From NCBI RefSeq assembly GCF_006345805.1, contig NC_043024.1:9982001-10045970 (forward strand): a stretch of 63,970 nt of DNA. Reading direction: 5' to 3'. Every line of letters starts with the position of its first letter. Position 1 is the stretch's first letter. Below are positions 23,473 to 37,367 of the stretch, piece by piece. The notes below the pieces were generated by a model. It ran no database searches, was not told where the DNA came from, and saw nothing but the letters and a program-made list of their open reading frames with translations. The stretch is from Octopus sinensis. Its lineage: Eukaryota. Made by a program: the position numbers and the translations under genes.

Positions 23473-25877
23473 TATATACACACACACAGCATTATACACA
23501 CATTTTATTTAAGTGTTTAGCATTCAGATTACTTTGTCATTTTCAGATTCATGTCATTTTGAGAAAATAAAATTAATCGGGCCATTATCTCAATAATTTG
23601 ATTGTCTATTTCTGGAGTGACATTGCAGGGAAGGTGTGAAAGGCCAGACCTGGCCAGTTTGAGCATAAAACAGGCAGAATATTAAATGTTAATAATAATA
23701 ATAATAATTCATCAACAACCACCAGGTATTATAATTATTTTCATGCAACAATTTCATTCAAACATGCAGAATTCTCAAAACTTATCCAAGCTTTCAATTT
23801 TGCAGTTTTCCTAAAAAAAAAACAAAAAAAAACCCCCCCAAAAGCTTTAGTATTTGAAGCACCAAGAATTAACGGTAGATGTTAGTATTGTGGCAGCAGT
23901 TAGCAAGACCTTAGTTGTGATGGTTAATACTCAAAAACAGCAGAGCTTCGTTAATTGAAAGACGATAATAATTTTCCAGATTATTAACTTCGGACGCTGT
24001 ACACATCCAGGAACACACCAAACAACAACTGGAGATCAGAATTATTGGAACATAAACAATGAATAAATAAATAAATGGTGGGTGGAATATTCCATGAGGT
24101 AGCGAGTTCAAATAGAAGGAATGGCTACTTAGCATGAAGAACTTAAAGACAAGTCTGAGAGTCCAAAAGTATATTTAATCTTCAGTTGGTAGTCTGACCA
24201 AATACAGGCTGCGGTAGAAGTAATGCCCTTTTTTGACCTTGATAATTTTTATATTCTTGTCTTTTTTTTATTTGTTTCAGCAATTTGACAGTGGCCACGC
24301 TGGAGCACTTCTTTTAGTCGAACAAATCAAACCCAGGACTTATTCTTTGTAAGCCTAGTACTTATTCTATCGGTCTCTTTTGCCGAACCGTTAAGTTATG
24401 GGGACGTAAACACACCAGCTATTCTATTGGTCTCTTTTGCCGAACCGTTAAGTTATGGGGACGTAAACACACCAGCTATTCTATCGGTCTCTTTTGCCAA
24501 ACTACTAACTTATGAGGACGTAAACACACTAATATTGGTTGTCAAGAGATGGTGGGGGTATGAACATATACATACATACATATATATATATAGATATACG
24601 ATGGGCTTCTTTCAGTTTCCATCTACCAAATCCACTCACAAGGCTTTTGTCGACCCGAGGCTTATAGCAAAAGGCACTTGCCCAAGATGCCATGCAGTGG
24701 AACTGAACCAAGGACCATGTGGTTGGTAAGCAAGCTACTTACCACACAGCCATTTCTGTGCCTATGGGACTGAATCTAGGGCCACATGGTTGGTAAATCA
24801 CACAGCCACTCCTGCACCTATAGTATACTCCTTTACTTGTTTCAGTCATGTGACTATGGCCATGCTGGAGCACCGCCTTTAGTCGAGCAAATCGACCCCA
24901 GGACTTATTCTTTGTAAGCCTAGTCTCTTTTGCCGGACCGTTAAGTTATGGGGACGTAAACACACCAGCATCGGTTGTCAAGCGATGTTGGGGGGGACAA
25001 ACATATACATATATACGACGGGATTCTATCAGTTTCTGTCTACCAAATCCACTCACAAGGCTTTGGTCAGCCCGAGGCTATAGTAGAAGACACTTGCCCG
25101 AGGTGCCACGCAGTGGAACTGAACCAAGGACCATGTGGTTGGTAAGCAAGCTACTCACCACACAGCCATTTCTGTGCCTATGGGATTGAACCCAGGACCA
25201 TGTGGTTGGTAAGAAAGCTACTTGCCACACAACCACTCCTGCGTCTATGGGACTGAACCTGGAACCATGTGGTTGGTAAGCAACCACACAGCCACTCCTA
25301 CGCCTATAAATATATAAATATTTATTAAGTAATTTTTTTACTGAACACAAATTTATTGCATTACTTAAACGAATAATAAGCTAATGAAAAAAAAATCGCA
25401 GAAGTTTAAGGAAATTTATTAAGTATTGTTTCATCAAAACAACATGATTCAACATAAAAGGGCGTTACGTCTGCTGCAGCCTGTATATTGCCAAAGATTT
25501 CTAAGAAGAATGCCGAAAGAAAATAGGAGAAGGATCCGAAAATCCTCATTCCAAATTCACTCTTCTTAATGTCCACTGATTTAGTATTTCTACAGAAACA
25601 AAAATATATTTATTATTATTATTATTATTATTGAGTGAGAGGGCAGTGTATGCCATCAAAGTGACACTGGGGTAAAATATACGAAGCCCAGTATACGCAT
25701 CATGACTACCCGTCTGATAAGGGTACACCAGGCACATGCATCACAACCATATGTGCGCGATATGGTGATCTCATATCAAGATAAAAAGCACATGACCTTG
25801 CAGGTGGGGCCCAGTTAGAATTTTCTTCTGGTTGAGTAACCCATCCTGCTCAAAAGGTCTCTGAACAAGGATTGTTT

Positions 25878-26104
25878 AACCCTTTTGATACCAACCCGGC
25901 TGAAACCGGCTCTGGCTCTGTAGTACAAATGTCTCATTTTCATAAGTTTTGAATTAAAATCTTCCACCAGACCTTGGTCACAATTTATGTTCCTAACACT
26001 AGTTTAATGATGACTAAGTTATTTTACTAAATTCTTTGTTATATCTAAAGTAATTGAAAGAAATACAGAGCATCTCAAAATAAATACAGTAACGAAAGGG
26101 TTAA
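25878..26104 (+). mobile_element. piggyBac-like MITE inserted at TTAA; another copy at 38899-39122 (inverted) inside a family B SINE
   Basis: TTAA|CCCTTTTGATACC...GTAACGAAAGGG|TTAA; the host element continues across the TTAA. Confidence 0.85.
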
Positions 26105-26692
26105 GGATGTTGAAAGAACCACCCATGTTTCCAGAGGTGAATTATTCAAACCCCAAAGAATCCCTCTCAGCACATGGCTATGATGCTCCCCCACTACTTC
26201 TACTCGTGATCAGAGATGCACATATCGTCAGCCACTAAGGGACATGCTCAACTGGTTAAGGTCAAACAACCGACAAGCAAATCTGTGGTATTATGCAGAA
26301 TATATGCTTAGCCCATCTTTTATACCAAGACAAAACAATGTACATGATAACACTTCCAATCAATTAAGATCAGAAGCCATGAGAGCCACTGCCTGGTACT
26401 GCATCAGGGCATTAAAGCAAATCTGTGGTATTGAGCAGAATATTTGCTGTAGACCATCTTTTATACCAAGACAAAACAATGTACATGATAACACTTCCAA
26501 TCAGTTAAGATCAGAAGCCATGAGAGCCACTGCCTGGTACTGCATCAGGGCATTAAAGCAAATCTGTGGTATTGAGCAGAATATTTGCTGTAGACCATCT
26601 TTTATACCAAGACAAAACAATGTACATGATAACACTTCCAATCAGTTAAGATCAGAAGCCATGAGAGCCACTGCCTGGTACTGCATCAGGGC

Positions 26693-26723
<31 letters not shown>

Positions 26724-27188
26724 TTGTTGACTAATGATTATGGATCAAATGTTTACTTACTCTCAGACTTGTCTTTGGAATTCTTTAAACTAAGTGACTG
26801 GATATTAACCCCTAGAACAGAGATACACGCATGCGTACATACATACATTTGTGATCACTTCAACACCTGTCTTTGTTTAATTTCACATTGGACACGTCAG
26901 CACAGCTGATGCAGTTTCAAATCCACCCACAGCATCAGGCAGGATTTATATTGGTCAGGTCTCTTCTACGGTGGAAGACACCGAACCAAAGAGCCCCTGC
27001 ACCTAAGACGTGCACATGTGTATGTATAAAGGGTGCATCCCAGTGGTTCCCAAACTTTTTCAGGGTGCTGTCCCCTTGGCACCACCCAGGGCCACTTTCT
27101 TGACCCCCACCCCCACCCCACCCAAACTGTCCAGGCAACAGCAATTTGATGGAGGGACTGAGATAATGTATAGCATAAGCATTTAGTC

Positions 27189-27389
27189 CAGTGCTTTTCA
27201 ACCTTTTTGCTGGAGCGGAACCCCACGAAAACATTCCACTGGCTCGAGGAACCCCTGAGCAATAATTTAATTGTCTTACGCACATATATCTGCACAGGAG
27301 AATTAAAAATTACTGCTGATTTTAGCAGTTTTGTAACTTCTTGCGGAACCCCTGGACTGCACTGGCGGAACCCTGGTTGAAAACCACTG
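27189..27389. mobile_element. hAT-type MITE
   Basis: CAGTG...CACTG termini with an exact 8-bp TSD ATTTAGTC (27181-88, 27390-97). Confidence 0.88.
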
Positions 27390-27759
27390 ATTTAGTCATT
27401 TAAAACAAATCAGCTGCACTGGTTGTTTGGCAAGAAACTGCAGGGTTTTCATCAGTTGTTTATAACAGGACAGTCCACCGCCTCACCCACCCCGCCATGC
27501 TTAAGAAAGAAGCATTAATTAAGTAGAGAGCAATCATAAGAAATTAAAATAACAAAAGCATAAGAAATTATGTCCCTTTTGTCATTTTAATTTCTTAGCA
27601 AGGTGAACCTTTCAGGCGAGATGACGAAGGATTGAGATACCGGGTGCCTGGCCAAATTAAAGAAGACTCGTACCCCACTGCGGAAGTGTTAAGACAGATC
27701 CTCCCGGTGGTGTAAAGCACTCGTGGAAGTACTGTGTAAAAGTGCCCATGCAGCACCTC

Positions 27760-27960
27760 ATAAAAGGACCCGTGCGGCGCCACATAAAAGGGCCCATGCG
27801 GTACCACATAAAATGGCCCATGCGGTACCACATAAAAGGGCCCGTGCAATGCCACATAAAAGGGCCCATGTGGAACCACATAAAAGTGCCTGTGCGGAAC
27901 CACATAAAAGGGCCTGTGTAATGCCACATAAAGCACCCGTTCAGTGCCACATAAAAGCAC
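27760..27960. repeat. 24-bp minisatellite
   Basis: GCCACATAAAAGGGCCCATGCGGT-like units, derived from the family D head region. Confidence 0.8.
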
Positions 27961-28808
27961 ACAGCCCACTCTGTAAAGTGGTTGGCATTTAGGAAGGGCA
28001 TCCAGCTGTAGAACCCAAGCTAAATCAGACAGGAGTCTGCCAGCTCAGGTCACACTGCCCAACCCATGCCAGCATGGACAATGGACATTAAATGATGATG
28101 ATGATTTTATACGTATACAAGTTTTTAGCATTGGTTTATTAAGAAATTGAATTAGTTTTACAAGAGGCGCTGAAAAGTTCCTGGTTTTGGGTTCAAGAAA
28201 ATACAGGAGGATCAGTTAATTATGATTTTATTCAACATATTCCCTGCCCAGATTCACACACTTATGAACTGCAGTGGTCCTTCTGTTTTTCTAAGCCCTG
28301 TAAAAGAACTTGGAAGTTTGGGCCTCCAACCAGGCTTTTTACAAAACCCTCAAAGCCAAAGACTTTTCAGCACTCCCGCATATATATACACACACACACA
28401 CACTATATATATATATATATATAATATATATATATATAATATATATATATATATATACACACACACGAGGGGACGCTGAAAAGTTCCTGGCTTTTGGTGA
28501 AAGAAAATATAGGAGGATCAATTAATTATGATTTTATTCAACATATTTGGAGCCTGGTGCAGCCATCTGGTTCGCCAGCCCTTAGTCAAAATCATCCAAC
28601 CCATGCTAGCATGGAAAGCAGACGTTAAACGATGATGATGATGATGATGATTCCCCCTCTCGGATTCACAAACCTATTACAGTGGCCCTTCAGTTTTTCT
28701 AAGCCCTGTAAAAGAACTCAGAAGGTTGGGGCCTCCAACCAGACCTTTTGCAATACCCTTCAAGCCAGGGACTTTACAATGCCAACCCCTCATAAATAGT
28801 AAGACGTG

Positions 28809-29231
28809 GCTCACACCACATCCTTCATATTTCATCATCATCATCATCATCATCGTTTAACGTCCGTTTTCCGCGCTAGCACGGGTTGGACGGTTCAACC
28901 GGGATCTGGGAAGCCAGGAGGCTGCTCCAGGCTCCAGTCTTGATCTGGCAGAGTTTCTACGGCTGGATGCCCTTCGATCGTGACCGATGTCGGACCCCGC
29001 CCCCACTGGCACCTGTGCAGGTGGCACGTAAAAAGCACCCACTACACTCACGGAGTGGTTGGCGTTAGGAAGGGCATCCAGCTGTAGAAACTCTGCCAGA
29101 TCAGACTGGAGCCTGGTGCAGCCCCTGGCTTCCCAGATCCCCAGTCGAACCGTCCAACCCGTGCTAGCGCGGAAAACGGACGTTAAACGATGATGATGAT
29201 GATGATGAAAGAGAAAGGATGTGGTGTGAGC
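28809..29231. repeat. Head-to-head family D SINE pair inside inverted unique flanks
   Basis: GCTCACACCACATCCTT..(CAT)n-SINE / SINE-(ATG)n..AAGGATGTGGTGTGAGC. Confidence 0.88.
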
Positions 29232-31638
29232 ATCAAATTTGAAAATATAGGCCAGATCTAACTGTGGTGATGTTATCTAAACTTAACAACATTACACAAT
29301 CAGGCAGTGAGTAATATAAGCTTTCAATGAGGTCAACTCATTTCTGTTTAGCAGGTGTCTGCCAGCAGTTAACAGTTCAAATTTCACTGTCGCTCTTACA
29401 ATAAAAATGACAAAAGTTCAACGGCCTTCCCACTCACATAAGTGATAGACTCATTTATCTTATCATAATTACTATTTTTATTTCCCTAACGAAGGCACTT
29501 TTGGTAATTCTACAGTTCCTTGACCCTTTAGCATTCGGGTTACTCAGTCAATATTTATTTATTCACATTGTTGTAAATCAGTAGTCCCCAAACTTTTCCA
29601 GGCTGCTGCCCCCTTGGTTCTAAGGTCACATTCCTAGTGCCCTACTACCCCTACCACCACCACCACCATCACAGACATAGGCCATTTTCTGCAGCAAATT
29701 CAAAACAACAGTATTTCACAAATAAAACTTAACTTAATTAACCCTTTATTTTTTTTTTACATGCCCCGTTTTTTTCTTCAACATCCCTAGATCTTTCCAC
29801 TGCCCCATAGGGGCAGTACTTATTTCTTCTTATTTCTTTATTGCCCACAAGGGGCTAAACACAGAGAGGACAAACAAAGACAGACAAATGGATTAAGTCG
29901 ATTATATCGACCCCAGTGTATAACTGGTACTTATTTAATCGACCCCGAAAGGATGAAAGGCACAGTCGACTTCAGCAGAATTTGAACTCAGAACGTGGTG
30001 GCAGACAAAATACCTATTTCTGAGAACCCAGAGGATGGCACCAAGCTCTACTGTCTGCTTTGATATGGGTTTTTATGGTCAGATGTGCCCTTCCGAGGGC
30101 CAAACGCCAATCTTAAACAGTTTAGCACTCAGATTAGTCATTGAACACAAATTTAATAAGATGGACAGATCCACGTCCATCAAATGCTAATACAATATAT
30201 ATTCTTGATTTATTAAAATTATCTCCACCTTCTAACGAACATATTATAATTAGCAAATGGCAATTGAGACCAATTCCACTTGACAAGAGAGAGATAATCT
30301 CAAGAACCAAAAATTCTCTGAAGTTGAGACGACATTACAGGAAAAAGACAGGTTTTTTTGTCTGGAGACAAGAAGATATTTGTAGATACATGTTTCTACC
30401 TCAATAGCTGTCATCATCATCATTATCATCGTTTAACGTCCACTTTCCATGCTTAGCATGGGTTGGATGATTTGACTGAGGACTGGCGAACCAGATGGCT
30501 GCACCAAGCTCCAATCTTGATCTGGCAGAGTTTCTACAACTGGATGCCCTTCCTAATGCCAACCACTCCGAGAGTGTAGTGGGTGCTTTTTATGTGCCAC
30601 CGGCATGGGGGCCAGTCAGGCGGTACTGGCAAGGACCTCGCTCGAATCTTTTTACACGTGCCACTGGCACGTGAAAAACGGGTTCATACATATGACAATT
30701 GTCTGACCCTTATCTCAAGTAGACAAGGGACTTAGACTTATAACAAGAAGAATAGAAACCATTTATGGCCTGGGTAATTTGCATAAATTTGAACAAAAAT
30801 GCACAAAGGGAGATAACTCAAAGAGGCCAGTGGAATGTTCTTGAATAATATAAGAGAAATATAGGTATATCAAGTAACATATGACAAATTCTTGGTTAAT
30901 TAAAATTATCTCCACTTCTAGAGAATGTCTTACAAAAATAAAAATAAATAAAAACAGCCATTAAGATCAGCTCTGCTTGAGGAGGGGAGATAATTTCAAG
31001 TATCAAGTCGTGTTTCTGCCTCAATAGCCATCATCAGCACAACTGTTTGACCTTATTTTCATAAACAAGGGACTTGGGCTTATGCAAAAAAAAAAAAAAA
31101 AAAAAAAAAGGGTCACCATGGCCACATGCACACACACATGTGTGTGTCAGGACCATGTCAGCTGTGTGAGCCCTATGCTGCAGACCCTTAAAGGGGGTAA
31201 TTTGGGTTTCTTGTACTTTCTTCTTCAACCCTTTAGCATCCAGAATCCAGATTACTTTGTCAAACCCTTATTTATTTTCAACTGATTAAGCATCATCTCA
31301 TAGCTTTGAGATTTTGATCATGTGATTGTTTATTAAAATGGCATTGTAGGGTAGGTTTGAGAGGCCAGATGTGGCCAATCGAAAGATAAAACAGGTAGGA
31401 TATGTGGGCTGGATGGGGCCGGTTGAAATGCTAAAGGGTTAAAAACTGCCACACATTCAACGACTTGTAGTAGTTATTAGCAGATGCAGCGATTGTAGTA
31501 ATTTGGGTGGGGGTTAAAAGTAGTCAGGGGGAGCAGCAGCAAATCGCGAAACGTGCTTTGAGTATCAAAAGGAGAAGAAGGTGAAAAACAACCACAAACA
31601 AAAAAACAAAACCAACAGGTTTAACAACAGAAACTTAC

Positions 31639-31737
31639 ATGAATCTTGAGGCAGTTCACATTCTACCTCAATGTTGGCGGTCAGTGATTCTTCTGTGAGT
31701 CTAACAAATTGGTTCCAAAGACACTTGTGTTCACAAC
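31639..31737 (-). CDS. ACP2: Acid phosphatase exon (99 nt)
   Basis: cag|(G)CEHKCLWNQFVRLTEESLTANIEVECELPQDS|gtaagt; phases 1/1 fit the neighbouring exons. Confidence 0.92.
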
Positions 31738-31846
31738 CTGAACAGAGAAGGAAGAAGCTTAAGTTAAGTTAAGTTAATTTTTTTGGCTCAAAAAGCAAAA
31801 AGCAAGGCCATGTAGGGGGACATAGAGTTATGTACAGGGAGGGTGT

Positions 31847-32250
31847 TCATGCAAAGAGTTCAGGCCATTTCTGGTCAAGAGAGACTTTGAACCGAGTGGT
31901 CGTCGGCATCTTCACTATCTCGTCCGGCAGCTTATTCCACGGATCCGCAACCCGGATGGAGAAAGCCCCTCTCCTTCGATTGAGATGAAATCGTCGCAGA
32001 TAGAGCTTTTCGGAGTGACCCCGCAGCCTACGCTCTGGAGCAGGAGTGAAGAACAGCTCTTTCGAGAGGTTACACTTTCCGCTTATGATGTTGTGAGCAA
32101 GAATGAGATCACCACGGCGGCGGCGTTTTTCTAGAGAATAAAGGTCGAGCGTCTTCAGCCTTTCTTCATAAGACAAATGCTTGAGACCAAGAACCATGCG
32201 GGTAGCCAGCTTCTGGACTCTTTCGAGATGATGTATGTCTTTGAGGAGAT
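31847..32250 (-). mobile_element. CR1-type LINE 3' fragment
   Basis: LSYEERLKTLDLYSLEKRRRRGDLI...FSIRVADPWNKLP. Confidence 0.9.
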
Positions 32251-33094
32251 AAGGAGAAGGGGCTTAAGTCTAACAGTAATTAGTATAGGCAGGTGTGTTC
32301 ATACCTTAATCCTTACGTTACCATATTTCTCTTGAAACACGCTGTCTTGGACAGGTACCGAACAGAATTTGGTGAGATGGAGGTTTCTTTTTTTTTTTTT
32401 TAAATAAACAATTTAGGTGCAGGAGTAGCTGTGTGGTAAGAAGTTCGCTTCCCGACCACATGGTTCTGGGTTCAGTCCCACAGCATGGCACCTTGGGCAA
32501 GTGTCTTCTACCCAACCCCCAGGACAACCAAAACCTTGTAAGTAGATTAGAGAGCTGGAAACTGAAAGAAGCTCATCATCATCATCGTTTAACGTCCGCT
32601 TTCCATGCTAGCATGGGTTGGACGGTTCAACTGGGGTCTGGCAAGCCCGAAGGCTGCACCAGGCCAGTCAGATCTGGCAGTGTTTCTACAGCTGGATGCC
32701 CTTCCTAACGCCAACCACTCCGAGAGTGTAGTGGGTGATTTTATGTGCCACCGACACAGGTGCCAGACGAGGCTGGCAGACGGCCAGGCTCGGATGGTGT
32801 TTTCTTATGTGACACCGACACAGGTGCCAGACGAGGCTGGCGGACGGCCACGCTCGGATGGTGTTTGTTACGTGCCCTCAGCACGGAGGCCAGTCGTTGC
32901 GGTACTGGCTACGGTCACGTTCGGATGGTTTTCTTATGTGCTACCGGCACTGGTACCACAAGGATACAAATTCCATTGATGTTCATCTATTTTGATTTGG
33001 TTCGATTTGATTTGATTTGATTCGATTCTCACTTGCCTCAACAGGTCTTCACAAGTGTCACAAAATATATATATTTATATTTAAACACAAAAGA

Positions 33095-33244
33095 GATGGC
33101 CATAATAGGACATCTGACTCACTAGAAAGAGCAGTTAAACTCCAAACCACTAATAGTTTTAACTCCGTTTCAGAATTACAACTATTAGTGGTTTGGAGTT
33201 TAGCTGCTCTATCTAGTGAGTCGGAATGTCCTATTATGGCCATC
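33095..33244. repeat. Inverted repeat (~64-bp arms) within a dispersed element; shorter relative at 23253-23321
   Basis: GATGGCCATAATAGGACA.../...TGTCCTATTATGGCCATC; the same downstream body (..TTTTGCTACCCT..) follows both copies. Confidence 0.85.
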
Positions 33245-34224
33245 CCTTATATGTTTCAATGTATATTACATAGTCTATTGACTGTTTTCTCTTTCTCACT
33301 TGACCGCTGGTAGCAGAGAATTTTTCTAGAATTTTTTGCTACCCTAAAATTTATTAATATATATATATATATATATAGGCATGGCTGTGTGGTAAGTAGC
33401 TTGCTTACCAACCACATGGTTCTGGGTTCAGTCCCACTGCATGGCACCTTGATCAAGTGTCTTCTACTGTAGCCTCGGGCCGACCAAAGCCTTGTGAGTG
33501 GATTTGGTAGACAGAAACTGAAAGAAGCCTGTCGTATATATATGTGTGTGTGTGTGTGTCTGTCCCCCCCCAACATCGCTTGACAACCGATGCTGGTGTG
33601 TTTGCGTCCCGTAACTCAGCGGTTCGGCAAAAGAGACCGATAGAATAAGTACTGGGGTTGGTTTGCTCAACTAAAGGCAGTGCTCCAGCATGGCCACAGT
33701 CAAATGACTGAACCAAGTAAAAGAGTAAGAGTATATATATATATATACACATACATATATACGCATAACAGGCTTCTTTCTACATTCATCCACCAAGCCA
33801 CAAGGCTTTGGTTGGCACAGAGTAGAGGAGTAGAAAACACTTGCTCAAGGTGCCATGCAGTGGGACTGAACCCGGAACCATGTGGCTGGAAAGAATCTTC
33901 TTACCACACAGCCATGCCTGCACCTAATAACCCTTTCAACTATAGACAGAACGCCCGAAATTTGAGTGAAGGGAGCTAGTTGATTACGTCGACACCAGTA
34001 TATCACTGGTACTTAAGTTTATCCCCACCACCACCACCAAGGACAAAAGGCAAATTTGACCCCAACGGAATCTGAACCCAGAATGTTAAGATGGACGAAA
34101 TGCTGCCAAGGATTCTGTCATTGTGTCCACCGTGCTAACGATTAACGATTCTGCCAACACACTGCCTAAATTATAATAAGAAAAGGAAGAAAAAACACAG
34201 GTGTTTGTCTCCGTGGTTACATAC

Positions 34225-34399
34225 CTGACATTGTGAGAGGCACGGGTTCGGCTGATGTAGAATTCCTGTAGAAGATCTGCACAAAATAAGCGTTTTCCTC
34301 GCTTTTGTGTAACTCAATTATGAGGCAGGAAGCATATGGCGGTAAGATGTCGTTGAAAAGGTTCATAGACATAAAGAGTGCGATCATTGTAGAATCATG
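34225..34399 (-). CDS. ACP2: Acid phosphatase exon with the catalytic HD motif (175 nt)
   Basis: cag|HDSTMIALFMSMNLFNDILPPYASCLIIELHKSEENAYFVQIFYRNSTSAEPVPLTMS(G)|gtatgt. Confidence 0.95.
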
Positions 34400-34942
34400 C
34401 TGAGGAATAAAAGAGAAAAAAAAGCATTTACTGAAGAAATACCACAGGAATTCTTTTAGTTCTATTCATAGCATATTAGCTTTTACAATGAAACCTGCAT
34501 ATATAGCATATTTATGTTGTGTGTTTTTTAAAATTTCGAAATTTATATATATACTTTTTTTACTTTTACTTTTGTAAGATATTTGTTGTTTTTTTTTCTT
34601 CAATTTCTGCAATTTCAACCAATCACTGACGTCTATTGAGGTAAAAAAAAAACATTCTCTGCCGTATGAATATGTCCCTCGTTTAAGAAACAGATTGGGT
34701 TTATATTTACATTTGTGAAGAAAAAAAAAGATACCCTTTCCCCCACCCCTAACCCTAAAACTGATTGAAATGCAATAGATCGATACTAGGGTCATAATTA
34801 TGGGTGACAATTTCATATGACACCGCTAGAAAAAAACTGCCGTTCAAACCGAAAAGATCTAAAACTTCAAATCAATAGTGTGCATTGTCTAATAGACGGA
34901 CAGGAAGGGAGAAAGCGAAATGGAGAGGGGGGGGGGACTTAC

Positions 34943-35028
34943 AGCTGAATACATGACAAATTTCCGAAGGGTTTCTGGTTCGGTCACTTTCAGATTCATA
35001 TTTTCCACAATGTCCCAGAGAAGATGAC
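34943..35028 (-). CDS. ACP2: Acid phosphatase exon (86 nt)
   Basis: cag|(G)HLLWDIVENMNLKVTEPETLRKFVMYSA|gtaagt. Confidence 0.94.
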
Positions 35029-36712
35029 CTGAAACAAATAAAAGACAAGACTTACTACAACAAAGAGAAACTAATTCATTAACTCTTTTTAATTAAGTAA
35101 TTGCAGTGGAGGCACATGGCTTAGTGGTTAAGGTACTCGACTCACAATCAGAAGGTCGTGAGTTCGATTCCTGGCGGTGCGCTGTGTCCTTGGGCAAGAC
35201 ACTTTATTTCATTTTGTTCCAGTCCACTCACCTGGCAAAAATGAGTTGTACCTGTAATTCAAAAGGGGCCAGCCTTATCCCCTCAATAATATATATTCAT
35301 CTAACCCATGCTAGCATAGAAAGATGGACGTAAAAACGTGTGTTTGTGTTCATATATATGCTCATAAATATATATGAAAATTCCTCATTTGAAGTAAAAG
35401 AAAATATAGGAGGAACAGTAAATATGATTTTATTCAACATATCCCCTTCTCGGATTCACACACTTATTACAGTGGCCCTTCAGTTTTTCTAAGCCCTGTA
35501 AAAAGAACTCAGAAGTTTGGGCCTACAACCAGGCCTTTCATGTTACCCTTAAACCCAGGAACATTTCAGCACCCCCTATCTTTTATCGTTTACTTGCTTC
35601 AGTCATGAGACTGTGGCCATACTGGGGCACCACCTTGATAATTTTTTAGTCAAATGAATCGACCCCAGTACTTATTTAGGGAGCACCTCACACAAAATGT
35701 CCTTCATTTTTAAAGGTCGTGAGTGTACGATTCTAGAGATTTGACTCTTTCTTTTAACCATCCATCTATTTTTTTCTTTGTACCCAACACACTGTACCAA
35801 GGGACCATATTATACAATGCCCTTCATTTTCTAAAAGATACTAATATGTGATTTGAGTGATTCAGCTGTTATTTCTAGCAAAATGAATGTCTTTATAACC
35901 CACTTCCCTTAAATTTTTATTACAAGGGTTAATTCAGGTTTCTTTTTGTTTGTTTACATTCCTTTTTAATTGAACCCTTTAGTATGTAAACGACCCATAT
36001 CTGGCACCAAATATTCTGTCTGATTTATGTTCCAACCAGCTGAATTTGGCCTCTTACACCTACTCTACAATGTCATCTACACAAGAAAATTGCAGCAAAG
36101 CTGCGCAATAGTGCTGTCAGACGTGGCATGCAGACCACCACATAACTTGCTTGACAAGCGCACTGTGTTTTTTATTCTTCTCTTCTGCTTTACGAATCCA
36201 CTGCGCATAAACACATCATGTGCTCATACTCCTCTTTCTAGTTCCTACTCAAAACTGTTTACAGATCACAACCGTCTCATCAACCTGCTGTCACGAGGAA
36301 CACTTTGCACTCTGATAGTTGTGAAAAAGAACAAAACAAAACAAATTACATTCTCAAAATCATAAAGCTACAAGATAATCTCTATATATATAAATGGCAA
36401 AATGTCTGTCTGTGTGTGTGTGTGTCCTTTATACAAATCCACAATTTTTCAGATACTTTCTATGGTCATTCAAAACCGTCCAAGGGTTGTCGTGCACATC
36501 TTTACATTTCCCCAGTCTTTCTTTTACTTGTTTCAGTCATTTGACTGCGGCCATGCTGGAGCACTGCCTTTAGTCGAGCAAATCGACCCCGGGACTTATT
36601 CTTTGTAAGCCCAGCACTTATTCTATCGGTCTCTTTTTGCCGAACCGCTAAGTGATGGGGACGTAAACACACCAGCATCGGTTGTCAAGCAATGCTAGGG
36701 GGACAAACACAG

Positions 36713-36757
<45 letters not shown>

Positions 36758-37243
36758 TACGACAGGCTTCTTTCAGTTTCCGTTTACCAAATCCACTCAC
36801 AAGACATTGGTCGGCCTGAGGCTATAGTAGAAGACACTTGCCCAAGGTGCCATGCAGTGGGACTGAACCCTGAACCATGTGGTTGGTAAACAAGCTACTT
36901 ACCACGCAGCCACCCCCGCAAAGCCATTAAAAAATCAATAGAAATGACTTATTTGTGAATTTTCTATCCAAATCCCAATCAAAATACCTTAAACTTGATA
37001 CACCAATTGAATGCCAGCTAGCTGTATGTGATTGGTCGGAGATTTGGACAGTACTTGCGTGTATCTGTGCACGCACGCAGCTGTATATGCAAGCACTAGC
37101 ACTATGACCCGGCAACGCCAGGTCATAGTGCTAGTGTATGATTAATTCAAAACAATATGACTAGGTGCAAATACTTTTGACGGAGTAATTTGAATTTTGA
37201 AGGGTTAAAGTCTAAGGCTGTAATGTTCAGAAAGTAAACTCAC

Positions 37244-37367
37244 CTCCTTTCAGAAGCTGCATAGATGGGGTGTAGAAGTAATTCTTCATTTTGATCATCT
37301 CCAAAGCCTTTAACTTCAACATGACATCGTCCGATGCCCAACTGGGTAATGTGAAATTGTGTGCACG
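37244..37367 (-). CDS. ACP2: Acid phosphatase exon (124 nt)
   Basis: cag|RAHNFTLPSWASDDVMLKLKALEMIKMKNYFYTPSMQLLKG(G)|gtgagt. Confidence 0.94.

Noticed and set aside
23911-24135. Minus-strand ORF with a hydrophobic stretch and YYRL as an alternative ACP TM exon
   Set aside because: The available AGs give phase 2, not the required phase 1, and the hydrophobic part is an (ATTT)n repeat.
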